A stretch of DNA of 64,000 bases, taken from the NCBI GenBank assembly GCA_000991405.1, contig LBRL01000001.1:379200-443199 (forward strand), written 5' to 3'. The translations under genes were made by a program, and so were the position numbers. The stretch is from Candidatus Nomurabacteria bacterium GW2011_GWD2_36_14. Lineage in GTDB: Bacteria; Patescibacteriota; Minisyncoccia; Phycocordibacterales; UBA9973. Position 1 is the first letter of the stretch. Each line of letters opens with the position of its first letter. The notes beneath the pieces were generated by a model, which saw only the letters and a list, made by a program, of their open reading frames with translations, made no database searches and was not told the DNA's origin. Below, one piece after another: positions 16,615 to 26,380 of the stretch.

Positions 16615-18264
16615 CTAATGTCCAGTCACAGCTCTCATTGTTCCACTACCACCTCCTGTCCCTGTCCTCGTAGAACCACCAACAGCACCAAAAATACTTG
16701 GGGCAGAAGAAGTCGTTTTAGAAGTTGTAGAGGTAATAGTTTTAGCAACAATAATATCTCCTTCTTTTAATCCACTTAAAATTTCTGTTGAAGTATCATC
16801 CGACAAGCCAATCTTTATAGGAACTCTACTTGGTAAAGTATTAGAAGTAGAGCCTTGTTCTCCGTTAGAAGACATTAAAGGAGAACTGAACACTTCCACA
16901 TAACTTACTCCTCGTCCAGTTTTAATAGCACTATTTGGAACAACAACAACGTCCTTTGTTGTATTTATTATTATTGTGGCGCTAACACTCATGCCTGGTT
17001 TAATACGAACATCATCTGTATCAAGACTAACAGAAACATTATAAGTAACCACACCTTGACTTACTGTACCAACAGAATCGATTCCTTCCACTGTACCAGT
17101 AATAGTAAGTCCATCGATGGCATCAAATGTCAAAGTAGCCTTTTGCCCAAGCTTTATCTTTGCAATATCAACCTCATTTAAAGCTATTTTAACTAATTTT
17201 TGTTTCGCTATTAAAGTTCCTATACTTCCACTTGCACTCTGACCAACTTTAGCAGTTAATGTTGCAACAATCCCATCAAAAGGAGCAGTTACAAAATAGT
17301 CTGATAGTGCATTTTGTTTCGTCTCGACATTTAATTGTGCCTGACGAATATCAAGCTCATCTGCTCCTTCGATGGTATCATTGATGGATAGAGTAATTTC
17401 TTTAATATTACTCAAATTGACAGATAAAGTATTCACATAACTATTCACGCTTGTTGACCATGCTGTTAGATTCGTCTGGGTATCGACAAATGAAGAAGAG
17501 GTATCGTCATCAAAAAAGTTTGAAGTATAATCAAAACTTGACTGAGCTAGCTTAACAGCATTCGATATCCCTTTTGCAGTATCTAGTGATTTTTCTATAA
17601 GATTATTTATATCTTCGTTGGAGTTTGAACTTGATAATGATTTATATAATAAAGATGTTGAATCCAAACTTTTCTTTATATCCCAATATGCATTTTCAGA
17701 TATATCTAATCTATCTTTTCCTGTCTTACTTAATAAAATTTTATTTTTGTATCCTAAATATCCATTATTATATAAATCTCCTAACCCTACAACAATATTA
17801 TTCATATCGACAATAAATGAAGGCATATTGTTCCAACTTTCTGTATACGTCTTTTTTAAAGAGTTTTCTTTCTGTAGTAGTGTTAAAGTATCTGGTTTTA
17901 AAAGTTTATCTAATGAAAGCTGTGCTGTTTCTAGTGCTATCTTTGCGTCACGAGAATCTATACTTGCTATAAGTGTACCTCTTTTTACTTCCTGTCCTAC
18001 TTTAACTGGAACATAAGTAATAATCCCTGTTGCTTTAGAACTTATATCTACAGTATCTGTCGATTCTATCTGTCCACTACCTGAAACAGAAACTACAATA
18101 TTACCCTTCTTTATAATACTTGTAACATATCTCGTCTCTGCATTTGTTTTACTATTAAAGACAAAGTATGTAGTAGATAAAATAATAAGCACAACAACAA
18201 TACTCCATACTTTATGAGCTACTATGAATGATTTTATTTTTTGTATAAATGATAAGTTTTTCAT
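16615..18264 (-). CDS. Efflux transporter periplasmic adaptor subunit (MacA/HlyD family membrane fusion protein)
   Basis: N-terminal TM anchor, biotinyl/lipoyl-like and beta-barrel segments, and a long coiled-coil insert. It sits upstream of the MacB-like ATPase and permease. Confidence 0.7.
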   Translation of the reverse strand: MKNLSFIQKIKSFIVAHKVWSIVVVLIILSTTYFVFNSKTNAETRYVTSIIKKGNIVVSVSGSGQIESTDTVDISSKATGIITYVPVKVGQEVKRGTLIASIDSRDAKIALETAQLSLDKLLKPDTLTLLQKENSLKKTYTESWNNMPSFIVDMNNIVVGLGDLYNNGYLGYKNKILLSKTGKDRLDISENAYWDIKKSLDSTSLLYKSLSSSNSNEDINNLIEKSLDTAKGISNAVKLAQSSFDYTSNFFDDDTSSSFVDTQTNLTAWSTSVNSYVNTLSVNLSNIKEITLSINDTIEGADELDIRQAQLNVETKQNALSDYFVTAPFDGIVATLTAKVGQSASGSIGTLIAKQKLVKIALNEVDIAKIKLGQKATLTFDAIDGLTITGTVEGIDSVGTVSQGVVTYNVSVSLDTDDVRIKPGMSVSATIIINTTKDVVVVPNSAIKTGRGVSYVEVFSSPLMSSNGEQGSTSNTLPSRVPIKIGLSDDTSTEILSGLKEGDIIVAKTITSTTSKTTSSAPSIFGAVGGSTRTGTGGGSGTMRAVTGH

Positions 18265-18266
18265 AA

Positions 18267-18812
18267 TTATATATTTCTTTTATTAAATTCTGGTGGTAAT
18301 TCTCTACTCCTCATCGACGTCGTATTCTCAATCATTTCTTCAGGGCTGGGCATAATCCTTATTAATTTTGCTTCTATTTGACCAGATTCATTTGGATTAC
18401 CAATAACAACAATATATTTATCAATAGCTAGCTTGTCCTTTGTAAGGATTTCTCTTCTTTCGAGAATACTTGTACTGTCACTTATTATTATCACTTTTTC
18501 TGTTTGATCTTTATCTAAAACTACAATATTGGGAAATTCTATCTTTATAATCTTCCCAATAGCTCCATGAGCATTTGGTAAATCCAAAAGACCACCCTTC
18601 ATAAATGGAGGAACTTTACGCATTGGTCCAAAATTCCTTTCATAATTATCACCCCAATCACGACTAAATGATGCTTTCCTAAACCCTGCTATCATTCCTG
18701 CTTGAAAAACAAAAGATAATATAAAAAGTGCTCCTAAAACATATATAACCTTTTTAAAATTTTTTGAATCGACAAATTTATTTAATTTATTTTTTATTTC
18801 TTCTTTATTCAT
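18267..18812 (-). CDS. Membrane-anchored hypothetical protein (sigma/efflux operon)
   Basis: 181 aa with a single N-terminal TM. Positioned between the anti-sigma-like gene and the MFP gene. Confidence 0.4.
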   Translation of the reverse strand: MNKEEIKNKLNKFVDSKNFKKVIYVLGALFILSFVFQAGMIAGFRKASFSRDWGDNYERNFGPMRKVPPFMKGGLLDLPNAHGAIGKIIKIEFPNIVVLDKDQTEKVIIISDSTSILERREILTKDKLAIDKYIVVIGNPNESGQIEAKLIRIMPSPEEMIENTTSMRSRELPPEFNKRNI

Positions 18813-18814
18813 AA

Positions 18815-19219
18815 TTAATTCTGATTTAATAATAATTGACTTTTATATTGATGGACTATTTTTTTAACAGATATAAGCATAGACAACAATAGGAATGCCG
18901 AAGCTCCTAGGCTTGCAATAGGAACTGAATCAGCAAGAGATAGTAAGTACTCCTTCCAATATAAGGCAACAGCACCGCTATCAGAAAAAGCTAGGGATAC
19001 ATATTCAAAGAAACCAGACAAAGCAAATTGCTCCTTCAGATAAAAAGACATGAAAACAAAACCACCTAAAGACAAAACCCCTATCAAACTATAGGACAGA
19101 GATTGCATCTTTAAATTTCTTGCCTGTTTTAATTTTATAACACGCCAAATATCATCCGAAAGCCCTGTTTCCGGATGATTATAGGCTTGTTTTAATAATT
19201 TTGATAAATTATCACTCAT
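18815..19219 (-). CDS. Putative anti-sigma factor (membrane protein)
   Basis: 134 aa with TM segments, immediately downstream of an ECF sigma factor. Assigned by position only. Confidence 0.35.
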   Translation of the reverse strand: MSDNLSKLLKQAYNHPETGLSDDIWRVIKLKQARNLKMQSLSYSLIGVLSLGGFVFMSFYLKEQFALSGFFEYVSLAFSDSGAVALYWKEYLLSLADSVPIASLGASAFLLLSMLISVKKIVHQYKSQLLLNQN

Positions 19220-19237
19220 ACACTTACGTATACGAGA

Positions 19238-19780
19238 CTACTTTAACTTTTGGTGCAAAAGAACAAGTGCTCTCTGATGATAACTCTTCACAGTATTTAG
19301 AGGTTTATCCATTACTTCCCCTATCTCTTTGAAAGTCATGTCCTCTTGATAACGAAGTATTAGGACTTCTCTGTATTGGACTGGAGTTTCATCTAATACT
19401 TTTATTAGCATTTCTTTATCTTGTAATTTTTGATACACCTCATCTGGTAAAATTTCCTCATCTAAAACATTCTCTTCTATTAATTCTTCATCATTCAAAA
19501 AAGAAAAAGGAATAGATTTCTTCTTGCGTAAATAATCCGTAATAGAATTGCGAGCAATTGTAAAAATCCAAGTTTTAAACTGAGATTTATTTTCATCAAA
19601 ATTTTTCAAATTCTTCCAAACTTTTATAAAAACTTCTTGAGTCGTATCTTTGGCTTGCTCATAACCAACAAACCTAGATGAAAAATTGTAAATGGAAGAA
19701 GTATATCTGTCTATAAGCATTTTTAAAGAAGCTTGATTTCCATCAAGATATTTTTTTATTAAAATATGATCTCCTTCCAT
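19238..19780 (-). CDS. RNA polymerase sigma-70 family ECF sigma factor
   Basis: Region 2 (VFIKVWKNLKNFDENKSQFKTWIFTIARNSITDYLRKKK) and region 4 HTH (YREVLILRYQEDMTFKEIGEVMDKPLNTVKSYHQRALVLL). Confidence 0.8.
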   Translation of the reverse strand: MEGDHILIKKYLDGNQASLKMLIDRYTSSIYNFSSRFVGYEQAKDTTQEVFIKVWKNLKNFDENKSQFKTWIFTIARNSITDYLRKKKSIPFSFLNDEELIEENVLDEEILPDEVYQKLQDKEMLIKVLDETPVQYREVLILRYQEDMTFKEIGEVMDKPLNTVKSYHQRALVLLHQKLK

Positions 19781-19815
19781 TACACCAATATACTACTAAA
19801 TACAAAATATGAAAA

Positions 19816-20430
19816 TTAATCATTGTACCTAGGATGTTCTTCGGGTATAGAGAGTAGGTGGTTCGCATAGCGCGACATTGCAAACAATATAGATGATAGA
19901 CGATTGAGATATGCAATAGTAATAGGCCCGACCTTGCGGTGACCCTCGTCTAAGACAGCTACGATTCTCCTTTCGCATCTTCTAGCTAAAGTTCTAGAGA
20001 AGTCGAGTTCGGCACTCAATATACTTCCTCCGGAAATAGTAAAAGAAGTGATAGGGGGTAAAACGTCGCTAATGCAACTAATGATGTGTTCTACTTTGGT
20101 TAGATTCTTCTTCTTGACTGTCATATCGGAACCAGCGATTTCTGCTTGAATGATGAAAAGTGTTTGCTGGATGTCGCTTAGAATATCACTGAATAGAATC
20201 TTCTTCTTAATACTTACAGGTACTTTGGACTGCTCGGTATTGGCATAAACTTTCACTAAGCCCAAGTAAGCATTGAGTTCATCGAGAGCTCCTAAGGCTT
20301 CTATAATGTTGGCACTTTTAGAAATCCGCCCCTGATCACAATGAAAGAGCGTCGTGGTCCCATTGTCCCCCCGGCCTGTATATAAGGCAGATTTATGATA
20401 TTTGGTGTTTGATTGTGGCTTTTTGGGCAT
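19816..20430 (-). CDS. ATP:cob(I)alamin adenosyltransferase, PduO/MMAB type
   Basis: The N-terminus ALYTGRGDNGTTTLFHCDQGRISKSANIIEALGALDELNAYLG matches the PduO-type signature (YTrtGDkGeTsL...K...rv.A.G..DELns). Confidence 0.7.
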   Translation of the reverse strand: MPKKPQSNTKYHKSALYTGRGDNGTTTLFHCDQGRISKSANIIEALGALDELNAYLGLVKVYANTEQSKVPVSIKKKILFSDILSDIQQTLFIIQAEIAGSDMTVKKKNLTKVEHIISCISDVLPPITSFTISGGSILSAELDFSRTLARRCERRIVAVLDEGHRKVGPITIAYLNRLSSILFAMSRYANHLLSIPEEHPRYND

Positions 20431-20499
20431 GAATTTATTATATCCTACCCTTAAATTCCATCAAAATTTGACTTTTACTGTATAAATGTTAATATATAA

Positions 20500-20931
20500 A
20501 TGAACCCAAAAAGCAAAAAAATGTATTTACTAAAAATTTTAGTGCTGTATTCTGACGAAAAAAATCTTCTTAAATCAAAAGAGGAGATTGAGAATCGTCT
20601 TTTTAAAAGAGTCAAAGAGGATGAAAATATTGACATAATAGTATCTTCCTCTTTTATTAATAATGATATTGCAACTAATCCCGAGATATTGAAAGATATT
20701 GATGGAATTCTCTACACCTCTGATGTTCAGAGGAAGGACGTCGAGAAATTGACGCCAATATTAAAAGAAACTTCAAATGATATTGAATTTGCAAGAATTC
20801 GTGTCAGTCTAGTTGGTGAAACTGGTCCAATCGATTATGCTGTAAAAGATGTAATAACACTAACTAATTTCGACCTCTATCCATACATAATTAGGTATAA
20901 AAATATGGAGGTGGAAAAATTCTTTAATTAA
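20500..20931 (+). CDS. Hypothetical protein
   Basis: 143 aa ORF in a clean intergenic slot. No recognizable motif. Confidence 0.35.
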   Translation: MNPKSKKMYLLKILVLYSDEKNLLKSKEEIENRLFKRVKEDENIDIIVSSSFINNDIATNPEILKDIDGILYTSDVQRKDVEKLTPILKETSNDIEFARIRVSLVGETGPIDYAVKDVITLTNFDLYPYIIRYKNMEVEKFFN

Positions 20932-20978
20932 CTTTTTTTTGTTTTTAAATGTTTTTTATCATTGTTAAAAGCTAACTT

Positions 20979-21296
20979 ATGAAAATGTTATTAGTTATTA
21001 CTGGTTTTCTACAAGAAGACTTCGGGAATCGGAATGAGATTTCTAAAAAAGAATCGTCTTTTCTTTTTGAAAATAACATTGCGAATGATTGCAATGTTAA
21101 GTTCTTTCATCTTAAGCGTCAAGATCTAAGAGTCCTTGATAATCTTTTGAGGGAACATGTTTTATATAACTTGTCTGTATTTTTTACTGATGGAATATCA
21201 GAAACAGCACAAGGTATATATAAAACATATATTTCAGAAAGAAAAAGTAGTGTTACTTTCTTGGAAAAGCTACCCCGAGTTCTTGAGACTTGCTAA
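20979..21296 (+). CDS. Hypothetical protein
   Basis: 105 aa ORF followed by a strong terminator hairpin. Confidence 0.35.
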   Translation: MKMLLVITGFLQEDFGNRNEISKKESSFLFENNIANDCNVKFFHLKRQDLRVLDNLLREHVLYNLSVFFTDGISETAQGIYKTYISERKSSVTFLEKLPRVLETC

Positions 21297-21311
21297 AAAC
21301 TTGTAAATTTG

Positions 21312-21346
21312 AAGTCCCCAAATCTGTCTAACAGATTTGGGGACTT
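21312..21346. terminator. Bidirectional intrinsic terminator (AAGTCCCCAAATCTGT-CTAA-CAGATTTGGGGACTT)
   Basis: Perfect 15-bp stem followed by TTTATT, between convergent genes. Confidence 0.6.
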
Positions 21347-21364
21347 TATTATTTCAAGTAAAAT

Positions 21365-22504
21365 TTATTTATGATATTTACCCACTGCTTCACTTACACT
21401 CTTGTATCCATCCTTTCGTAAAAGCTTCGCTAGGTCTCTATTGATCTTGCCTATGACACTTGGACCTTCGTATATCATGCCGGTGATCATTTGCACAAGA
21501 CTTGCTCCTCTTTTGATCTTCTCATAAGCATCTTTACCTGTGAAGATTCCTCCGCATCCTATAATTATAAATCTATCTTTGTATTTCTTGTAAACTTCAC
21601 TTATCAGATTATTGGAAAATTCTTCGGTAGGTTTACCGCTAAAGTTCCCCTTCCCTGCATTCTTTATTTCCGTCTGATCAAAGCAAGCATTTTCTCGATT
21701 CTTGACCAAGTTGGACATTATGACTCCTGATATCCACTTGTATTTATCTGCCACAGCAAGCAGTGCTAAAGTCTCTGCCACGCTTTTCTCGGCGTGCATT
21801 TTTATAAACAAAGGTTTGTTGATATTCAAGTATGAAAGCTTATTTAGAAGAATTGCGAATCCGACAGGATCATCGAACTTCTCTTTCAAGTTCTCAACAT
21901 TTATAAGATTCGGGCAACTTATATTGAGTTCATAATAATCAAAATAATTCACCTTCAAAGCAAGCTCAAAGGAAAGGTAGACGTCATCGGCCATATCCTC
22001 TATCTTTTTATAAGCTCTATTGGTCGCACCAATACTGAGTCCTAGGGGTATAGTACCCGCCTCTTCGGACTGATGCCGCCCTCGAGGCGACTCCTTAATT
22101 TTCTTTAATACAGCCTCCATGCCCATACTTTTGAAACCTTTGTTTACAAGCAAAGACTTGGACTTGGGAAGTCGTCCGAGCATAGGTCTTGGATTGCCGG
22201 CATAAGGTAAGTGGGTTACAGTCCCAATAGTATGAAAACCGAAACCAACAGAAGGAAGTACTTCTATCAGATCAGCATCGTAGTCAAAGCCAGCCGAAAG
22301 ACCGACCGGATTGGTGAAATTAATACCAGCAACTTTTGTATTTAATACAGAATCTTTGTAAGGCAAAATCTTACTAAGTAAATTTTTAGTAAAATTTATA
22401 CTACCTAAAAGCCTTCCTCTCTTTAAGAAAAAGGTATGAACATCATCCGCAGGGAATTTGAAAAGTATGGGTTTAATAATTTTCTTATAGATAAATCCAA
22501 TCAT
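21365..22504 (-). CDS. pyrD: Dihydroorotate dehydrogenase (quinone)-like, PyrD class 2 family
   Basis: N-terminal membrane-association helix region plus the C-terminal FMN-binding motif IIGCGGIFTGKDAYEKIKRGASLVQMITGMIYEGP. Confidence 0.65.
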   Translation of the reverse strand: MIGFIYKKIIKPILFKFPADDVHTFFLKRGRLLGSINFTKNLLSKILPYKDSVLNTKVAGINFTNPVGLSAGFDYDADLIEVLPSVGFGFHTIGTVTHLPYAGNPRPMLGRLPKSKSLLVNKGFKSMGMEAVLKKIKESPRGRHQSEEAGTIPLGLSIGATNRAYKKIEDMADDVYLSFELALKVNYFDYYELNISCPNLINVENLKEKFDDPVGFAILLNKLSYLNINKPLFIKMHAEKSVAETLALLAVADKYKWISGVIMSNLVKNRENACFDQTEIKNAGKGNFSGKPTEEFSNNLISEVYKKYKDRFIIIGCGGIFTGKDAYEKIKRGASLVQMITGMIYEGPSVIGKINRDLAKLLRKDGYKSVSEAVGKYHK

Positions 22505-22554
22505 ATACTACTCAGTATAACATTTTATTTGAAAATTATAGATATTGACGAATT

Positions 22555-22592
22555 AGTAATTCTAAATTCTTAATTCTTAATTCTTAATTTCT
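22555..22592. repeat. Short tandem heptamer repeat (T/A)AATTCT x5 at the zwf 3' end / pyrD upstream region
   Basis: TAATTCTAAATTCTTAATTCTTAATTCTTAATTTCTT read directly from the sequence. Confidence 0.5.
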
Positions 22593-23911
22593 TCTACAGT
22601 ACTACCTTTCTTATAAATTATTAAATCATAAGTACTAGTTGACCAAGCCTTCTGTAGTCCGTCTAATATACGCCAAGTTTCTATAACTTCTTCACTCGTT
22701 GAGAAGAGACTATGGTCACCATTGATAGCATTGAAAAGCACTTGCTCATAAGCTTCTGGAAGTGCAGTATAGTGATCCTTGAAAGAGAAATTTAGTGCAT
22801 GACGACTGACTTGATGCTCATACCCCGGACGCTTGGCCCAGACAGAGAAAGATATCCCCTCGTCTGGCTGAAGTCTCAAAAGTAATTCGTTGGATTCGCG
22901 ATCATTATCTTTTCTATAAAGAATTTTTATTTCTGTAAATTTGTCTTTCAGAGCTTTCCCTGTGGTAAGATTAATCTTGACTCCTTGCCACTTTGGATCA
23001 CTAGAGACTAAGTCTATCGAGGCAAAAGTCTCTACCATACTGTGCGGATTCTGTACTTCTTCTCGGTAGCCATGATATTGACCACGCTTTACATGAGCTG
23101 ACAATGAAGGAACGGATGGAATACTAATCTGCCTCAAAGCTTCATAACGTAAGTTGGGGACTTCTTCGATGTGCCCTTCCTCTGGAATATCCATGAGGGT
23201 CAAGGCTAGAAGCTGAAGTAAGTGACTTTGAATTAAGTCTCGAAGTGCCCCAGTCTGCTCGTAAAAGTTTGCTCGGCCTTCTATTCCGATTTCTTCGCTG
23301 ACAACAATTTCAATCTTGTCAATAAAATCTTTGTTCCAAGTTTTCTTGAAAAGAGAATTCCCTTCACGGAAAACTATAATATTCTGGGCTGTTTCCTTGG
23401 CCAAGTAGTGGTCAATACGATAGATCTGCTCTCTCTTGAAATATTTATCGATATGCTCTACTAACTCCGTCGCACTTTCTAAATTAATACCAAAAGGCTT
23501 CTCAAGCAAAAGCTTGGTATTGTCCTTCTCGGCAAAACCTTCTTTCCCCAAGAATTCAATAATCGACTTGGAAGTGTTTGGGGGAACTGAAAGATAAAAT
23601 AAATACTGAGCAGAAGTTCCAAACTCTCTTTCGATTTCTTCTAAACGAATTCTTAACTTTCGATAATCTTCCTCTCTCAGAAGATTCATTTCAAACATTT
23701 CCGTACTCTTCAGGAGATAATCCTTGTTGACTGTATGTTTTAACAAATTTTCTAAATTAATATCTGACTGACGAGTAACACCAATAATTCGAAAATTTGA
23801 AGGAATCATGCCAGTCATGGCAATCTGCCCGATAGCCGGAAGAAGCTTCCTCTTCGATAAATCGCCAGAGATTCCGATAATAATTAAAATTGTTGGTTGA
23901 TCATTTTTCAT
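22577..23911 (-). CDS. zwf: Glucose-6-phosphate 1-dehydrogenase
   Basis: G6PD active-site region RIDHYLAKE, the dinucleotide-binding N-terminus GISGDLSKRKLLPA, and EKPFG. Confidence 0.9.
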   Translation of the reverse strand: MKNDQPTILIIIGISGDLSKRKLLPAIGQIAMTGMIPSNFRIIGVTRQSDINLENLLKHTVNKDYLLKSTEMFEMNLLREEDYRKLRIRLEEIEREFGTSAQYLFYLSVPPNTSKSIIEFLGKEGFAEKDNTKLLLEKPFGINLESATELVEHIDKYFKREQIYRIDHYLAKETAQNIIVFREGNSLFKKTWNKDFIDKIEIVVSEEIGIEGRANFYEQTGALRDLIQSHLLQLLALTLMDIPEEGHIEEVPNLRYEALRQISIPSVPSLSAHVKRGQYHGYREEVQNPHSMVETFASIDLVSSDPKWQGVKINLTTGKALKDKFTEIKILYRKDNDRESNELLLRLQPDEGISFSVWAKRPGYEHQVSRHALNFSFKDHYTALPEAYEQVLFNAINGDHSLFSTSEEVIETWRILDGLQKAWSTSTYDLIIYKKGSTVEEIKN

Positions 23912-23916
23912 TACTT

Positions 23917-24822
23917 TTATTTCTCATTTATTTTGTGTCCTCCGAAAGCATTCCTCATAGATGCGACCAACTTCGTCGCATAGTTTACAAGTCCCTTTTG
24001 AGAGTCCAGTCGAACATCAAAGGAAGACTGTATGGCCCGAGTCTCAATGTTGAATTCTTTAGCTACTTCGAGAGCCCAACGTGCCTCACCTGACTCTGTG
24101 ACCTTGCCTTCTACTCCATCTTGGTTTGGATTTACTTTCATTATATCTCTTGTAAGTTCATTGAGCCATGAAGTGATAACGCTATGATGTTGCCAGACCT
24201 CACCTGCCTTGTACAAGTCTATATCTTTATATGGACCTTCCTTAAGTATATGATACCCTTCGGCCAAGCTTTGCATCATGCCGTATTCGATAGCATTGTG
24301 AACCATCTTCACATAGTGCCCCGATCCACTTTCTCCGAAGTGGGCATACATACCTTCGGGATTCTTCAATGTTTCAAGTATGGGCTTTATAATTTCAAAG
24401 GAAGCGCTATCTCCACCTACCATCATTGAGAAGCCGTTCTGATAGCCCCAGACGCCGCCCGACGTGCCTATGTCGATAAGTGTTGATCCCTGAGCCAAGA
24501 CTGCTTCAGCTCTTCTCTTCGTATCACTCCATTTAGAATTCCCACCGTCAATCAGAATACTGCCGACAGGTACTAGCCTGAGCCATGTGTCTAGCTCAGC
24601 ATCGACTGTATCGGATGGTATCATGAGCCAGACGATAACTTGATCAGTTCCAAAAGAAGATACAACTTCCTCTTTCGTATAAGCACCGATCATACCCAAA
24701 CTTTTCATTTCATCTACTGCACCACTGCTCCTGTTGGAAGCTATGACCGTATGCCCGCCCTCGTGCAACTTGCGAGCTATCTGTGAACCCATTTTGCCTA
24801 AACCAACGATTGCTATTCTCAT
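23917..24822 (-). CDS. gnd: 6-phosphogluconate dehydrogenase (decarboxylating), short Gnd/YqeC-like form
   Basis: N-terminal Rossmann MRIAIVGLGKMGSQIARKL and the 6PGDH C-terminal helical domain. About 300 aa, typical of the short form. Confidence 0.8.
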   Translation of the reverse strand: MRIAIVGLGKMGSQIARKLHEGGHTVIASNRSSGAVDEMKSLGMIGAYTKEEVVSSFGTDQVIVWLMIPSDTVDAELDTWLRLVPVGSILIDGGNSKWSDTKRRAEAVLAQGSTLIDIGTSGGVWGYQNGFSMMVGGDSASFEIIKPILETLKNPEGMYAHFGESGSGHYVKMVHNAIEYGMMQSLAEGYHILKEGPYKDIDLYKAGEVWQHHSVITSWLNELTRDIMKVNPNQDGVEGKVTESGEARWALEVAKEFNIETRAIQSSFDVRLDSQKGLVNYATKLVASMRNAFGGHKINEK

Positions 24823-24927
24823 CCGCCTAAATTTTTTACTAAATTAACGTTTATCATTAATGATATATTAATAAAGAAAAAAGAAATTAAATTTATAATA
24901 ATTAATATTTTAAAAATTTTGGTGGAT

Positions 24928-25593
24928 TCATTCCACTTTATAATCTGTAAAAATTGTAAATAATGGAACACTCTTCAGTATTTGTGCTGGCTCTTCGTCG
25001 ATAGATACGTCAGTCGCCAGCTTCTCTATTGCTGGCCATTTATTCTCTCCTACTGCGTAGAGTACTGCTTCATCGAGCATCTTGATAGTCTTCCCTGTTA
25101 TGGTCATACGATCATGTAAGTCCGTCTCGTATGTGCACACCAACTCTTCGCTCTTTACCGCTTCTGTATGAGGTAGGATACCTGCAGTATGACCGTCTAT
25201 ACCTATCCCGAAAATTCCAATTTTATATTCTGCATTTTTCAATTCCTCTGATAAAGCTTCTCTTATATCTTCTGTCGTTTCCTTCATGTCCTTTCCAGAG
25301 AGGAATGGTATTATCTTGGCTTTCAGTATCCTAAATCCAGAATTTGTAAGCTTGAACCAATTGGATTCAGGATGTCCAAGATGACCAAATCTTTCATCAC
25401 ATAGTGTTACAACTAACGTCCCTGATAAGCTTATATCTATCTTGTCAGCAATTTTCACTTCTACGGGAATAGCCGAGCCACCAGAAACAAACCAGAGAAC
25501 CTTCTTCCCTTGTTTTAGCTTTTCGTTTATAGATGAGGATACAAACTCCACTACCTCTTCTATGTCTTTAATTGTTTTAATATTTAAATTCAT
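24928..25593 (-). CDS. pgl: 6-phosphogluconolactonase (glucosamine-6-P isomerase/Pgl family)
   Basis: LWFVSGGSAIPV motif. It sits in an operon with zwf and gnd. Confidence 0.7.
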   Translation of the reverse strand: MNLNIKTIKDIEEVVEFVSSSINEKLKQGKKVLWFVSGGSAIPVEVKIADKIDISLSGTLVVTLCDERFGHLGHPESNWFKLTNSGFRILKAKIIPFLSGKDMKETTEDIREALSEELKNAEYKIGIFGIGIDGHTAGILPHTEAVKSEELVCTYETDLHDRMTITGKTIKMLDEAVLYAVGENKWPAIEKLATDVSIDEEPAQILKSVPLFTIFTDYKVE

Positions 25594-25656
25594 AATATAT
25601 TATATTTTGCACCTCAATGTATATTATACCATTATCGTCAAACTTTAATACAAACT

Positions 25657-25683
25657 AAAATAAGGCCATTTTGGCCTTATTTT
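25657..25683. terminator. Hairpin AAAATAAGGCC-ATTTT-GGCCTTATTTT
   Basis: Perfect 11-bp stem with flanking A/T runs, downstream of the relE-like operon (minus). Confidence 0.5.
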
Positions 25684-25704
25684 AGTTATATTTATCATCT
25701 GTAA

Positions 25705-25746
25705 ACCAAAATCTCCGCTAGGCCTTGCCTAGGGGGAATCCCCCCC
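25705..25746. repeat. Degenerate copy of the REP-like hairpin element (ACCAAAATCTCCGCTAGGCCTTGCCTAG...)
   Basis: The first 28 nt are identical to the 27539..27579 element. The 3' arm is replaced by GGGGGAATCCCCCC. Confidence 0.45.
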
Positions 25747-25771
25747 AGTCCGACTGGTGGGGAAATCTAAT

Positions 25772-26038
25772 TTATAAGGATTTATAAATATCTTTTCTGT
25801 GTCCTATTGCGAATAGAATGACATTGTCACAAGATAGACGGAAGATACCTCTATAGACCCTCGTAATTCTAAAAGAGTACACATGCTCATCGGGGAATCC
25901 TTTTAACTTTTTAGTGTGAAGTTTTGAATCAAAAATATCTTTTACCAAAAGTTTTTCTTGTTCAAATAGTAAAGCTTTATCTTTCTTTGGTAAAGAAGTA
26001 ACACTTTTCTTGTAATTCTTAGTTTTTAAAAGAATCAT
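25772..26038 (-). CDS. Type II toxin-antitoxin system toxin, RelE/ParE superfamily
   Basis: 88 aa. The C-terminus YSFRITRVYRGIFRLSCDNVILFAIGHRKDIY is typical of RelE/YoeB-like toxins. Confidence 0.6.
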   Translation of the reverse strand: MILLKTKNYKKSVTSLPKKDKALLFEQEKLLVKDIFDSKLHTKKLKGFPDEHVYSFRITRVYRGIFRLSCDNVILFAIGHRKDIYKSL

Positions 26039-26041
26039 ATA

Positions 26042-26329
26042 TTATTTGAATTCTTTCAAAGACTCTTGATAAGCGGAAAGAATTTCTTTCTTGTTGATAT
26101 AAGAATCCAAGCTCTCAGTGGGCATCTTAGAAATTGTTATTCCTTGGTTGATTATAAATTGTCGGAGAGATGCATTTACAACATCAGCCAAAGAAAGCCC
26201 TAAATCTCTTGCTAGATCTTGTGCTTGTAACTTTAAATCCTTCTTGGTTTTAATTAAAATTGTTGTATCCATATTCAAAAGTATATACTTTTGAATAATA
26301 GAAGTCAAGCATTCTAAGAGGATAAACAC
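26042..26329 (-). CDS. Type II antitoxin (RelB/DinJ-like)
   Basis: 95 aa, encoded immediately upstream of the toxin with a 3-bp gap. It has an RHH-like segment LKLQAQDLARDLGLSLADVVNASLRQF. Confidence 0.5.
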   Translation of the reverse strand: MFILLECLTSIIQKYILLNMDTTILIKTKKDLKLQAQDLARDLGLSLADVVNASLRQFIINQGITISKMPTESLDSYINKKEILSAYQESLKEFK

Positions 26330-26332
26330 AAA

Positions 26333-26358
26333 GGGTCGGCGACTACTGTCGCCGACCC
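26333..26358 (-). terminator. Terminator hairpin GGGTCGGCGAC-TAC-TGTCGCCGACCC
   Basis: Perfect GC-rich 11-bp stem downstream of the 26381..27472 gene. Confidence 0.5.
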
Positions 26359-26380
26359 AAATTATGCTTTATTTTAAAGG

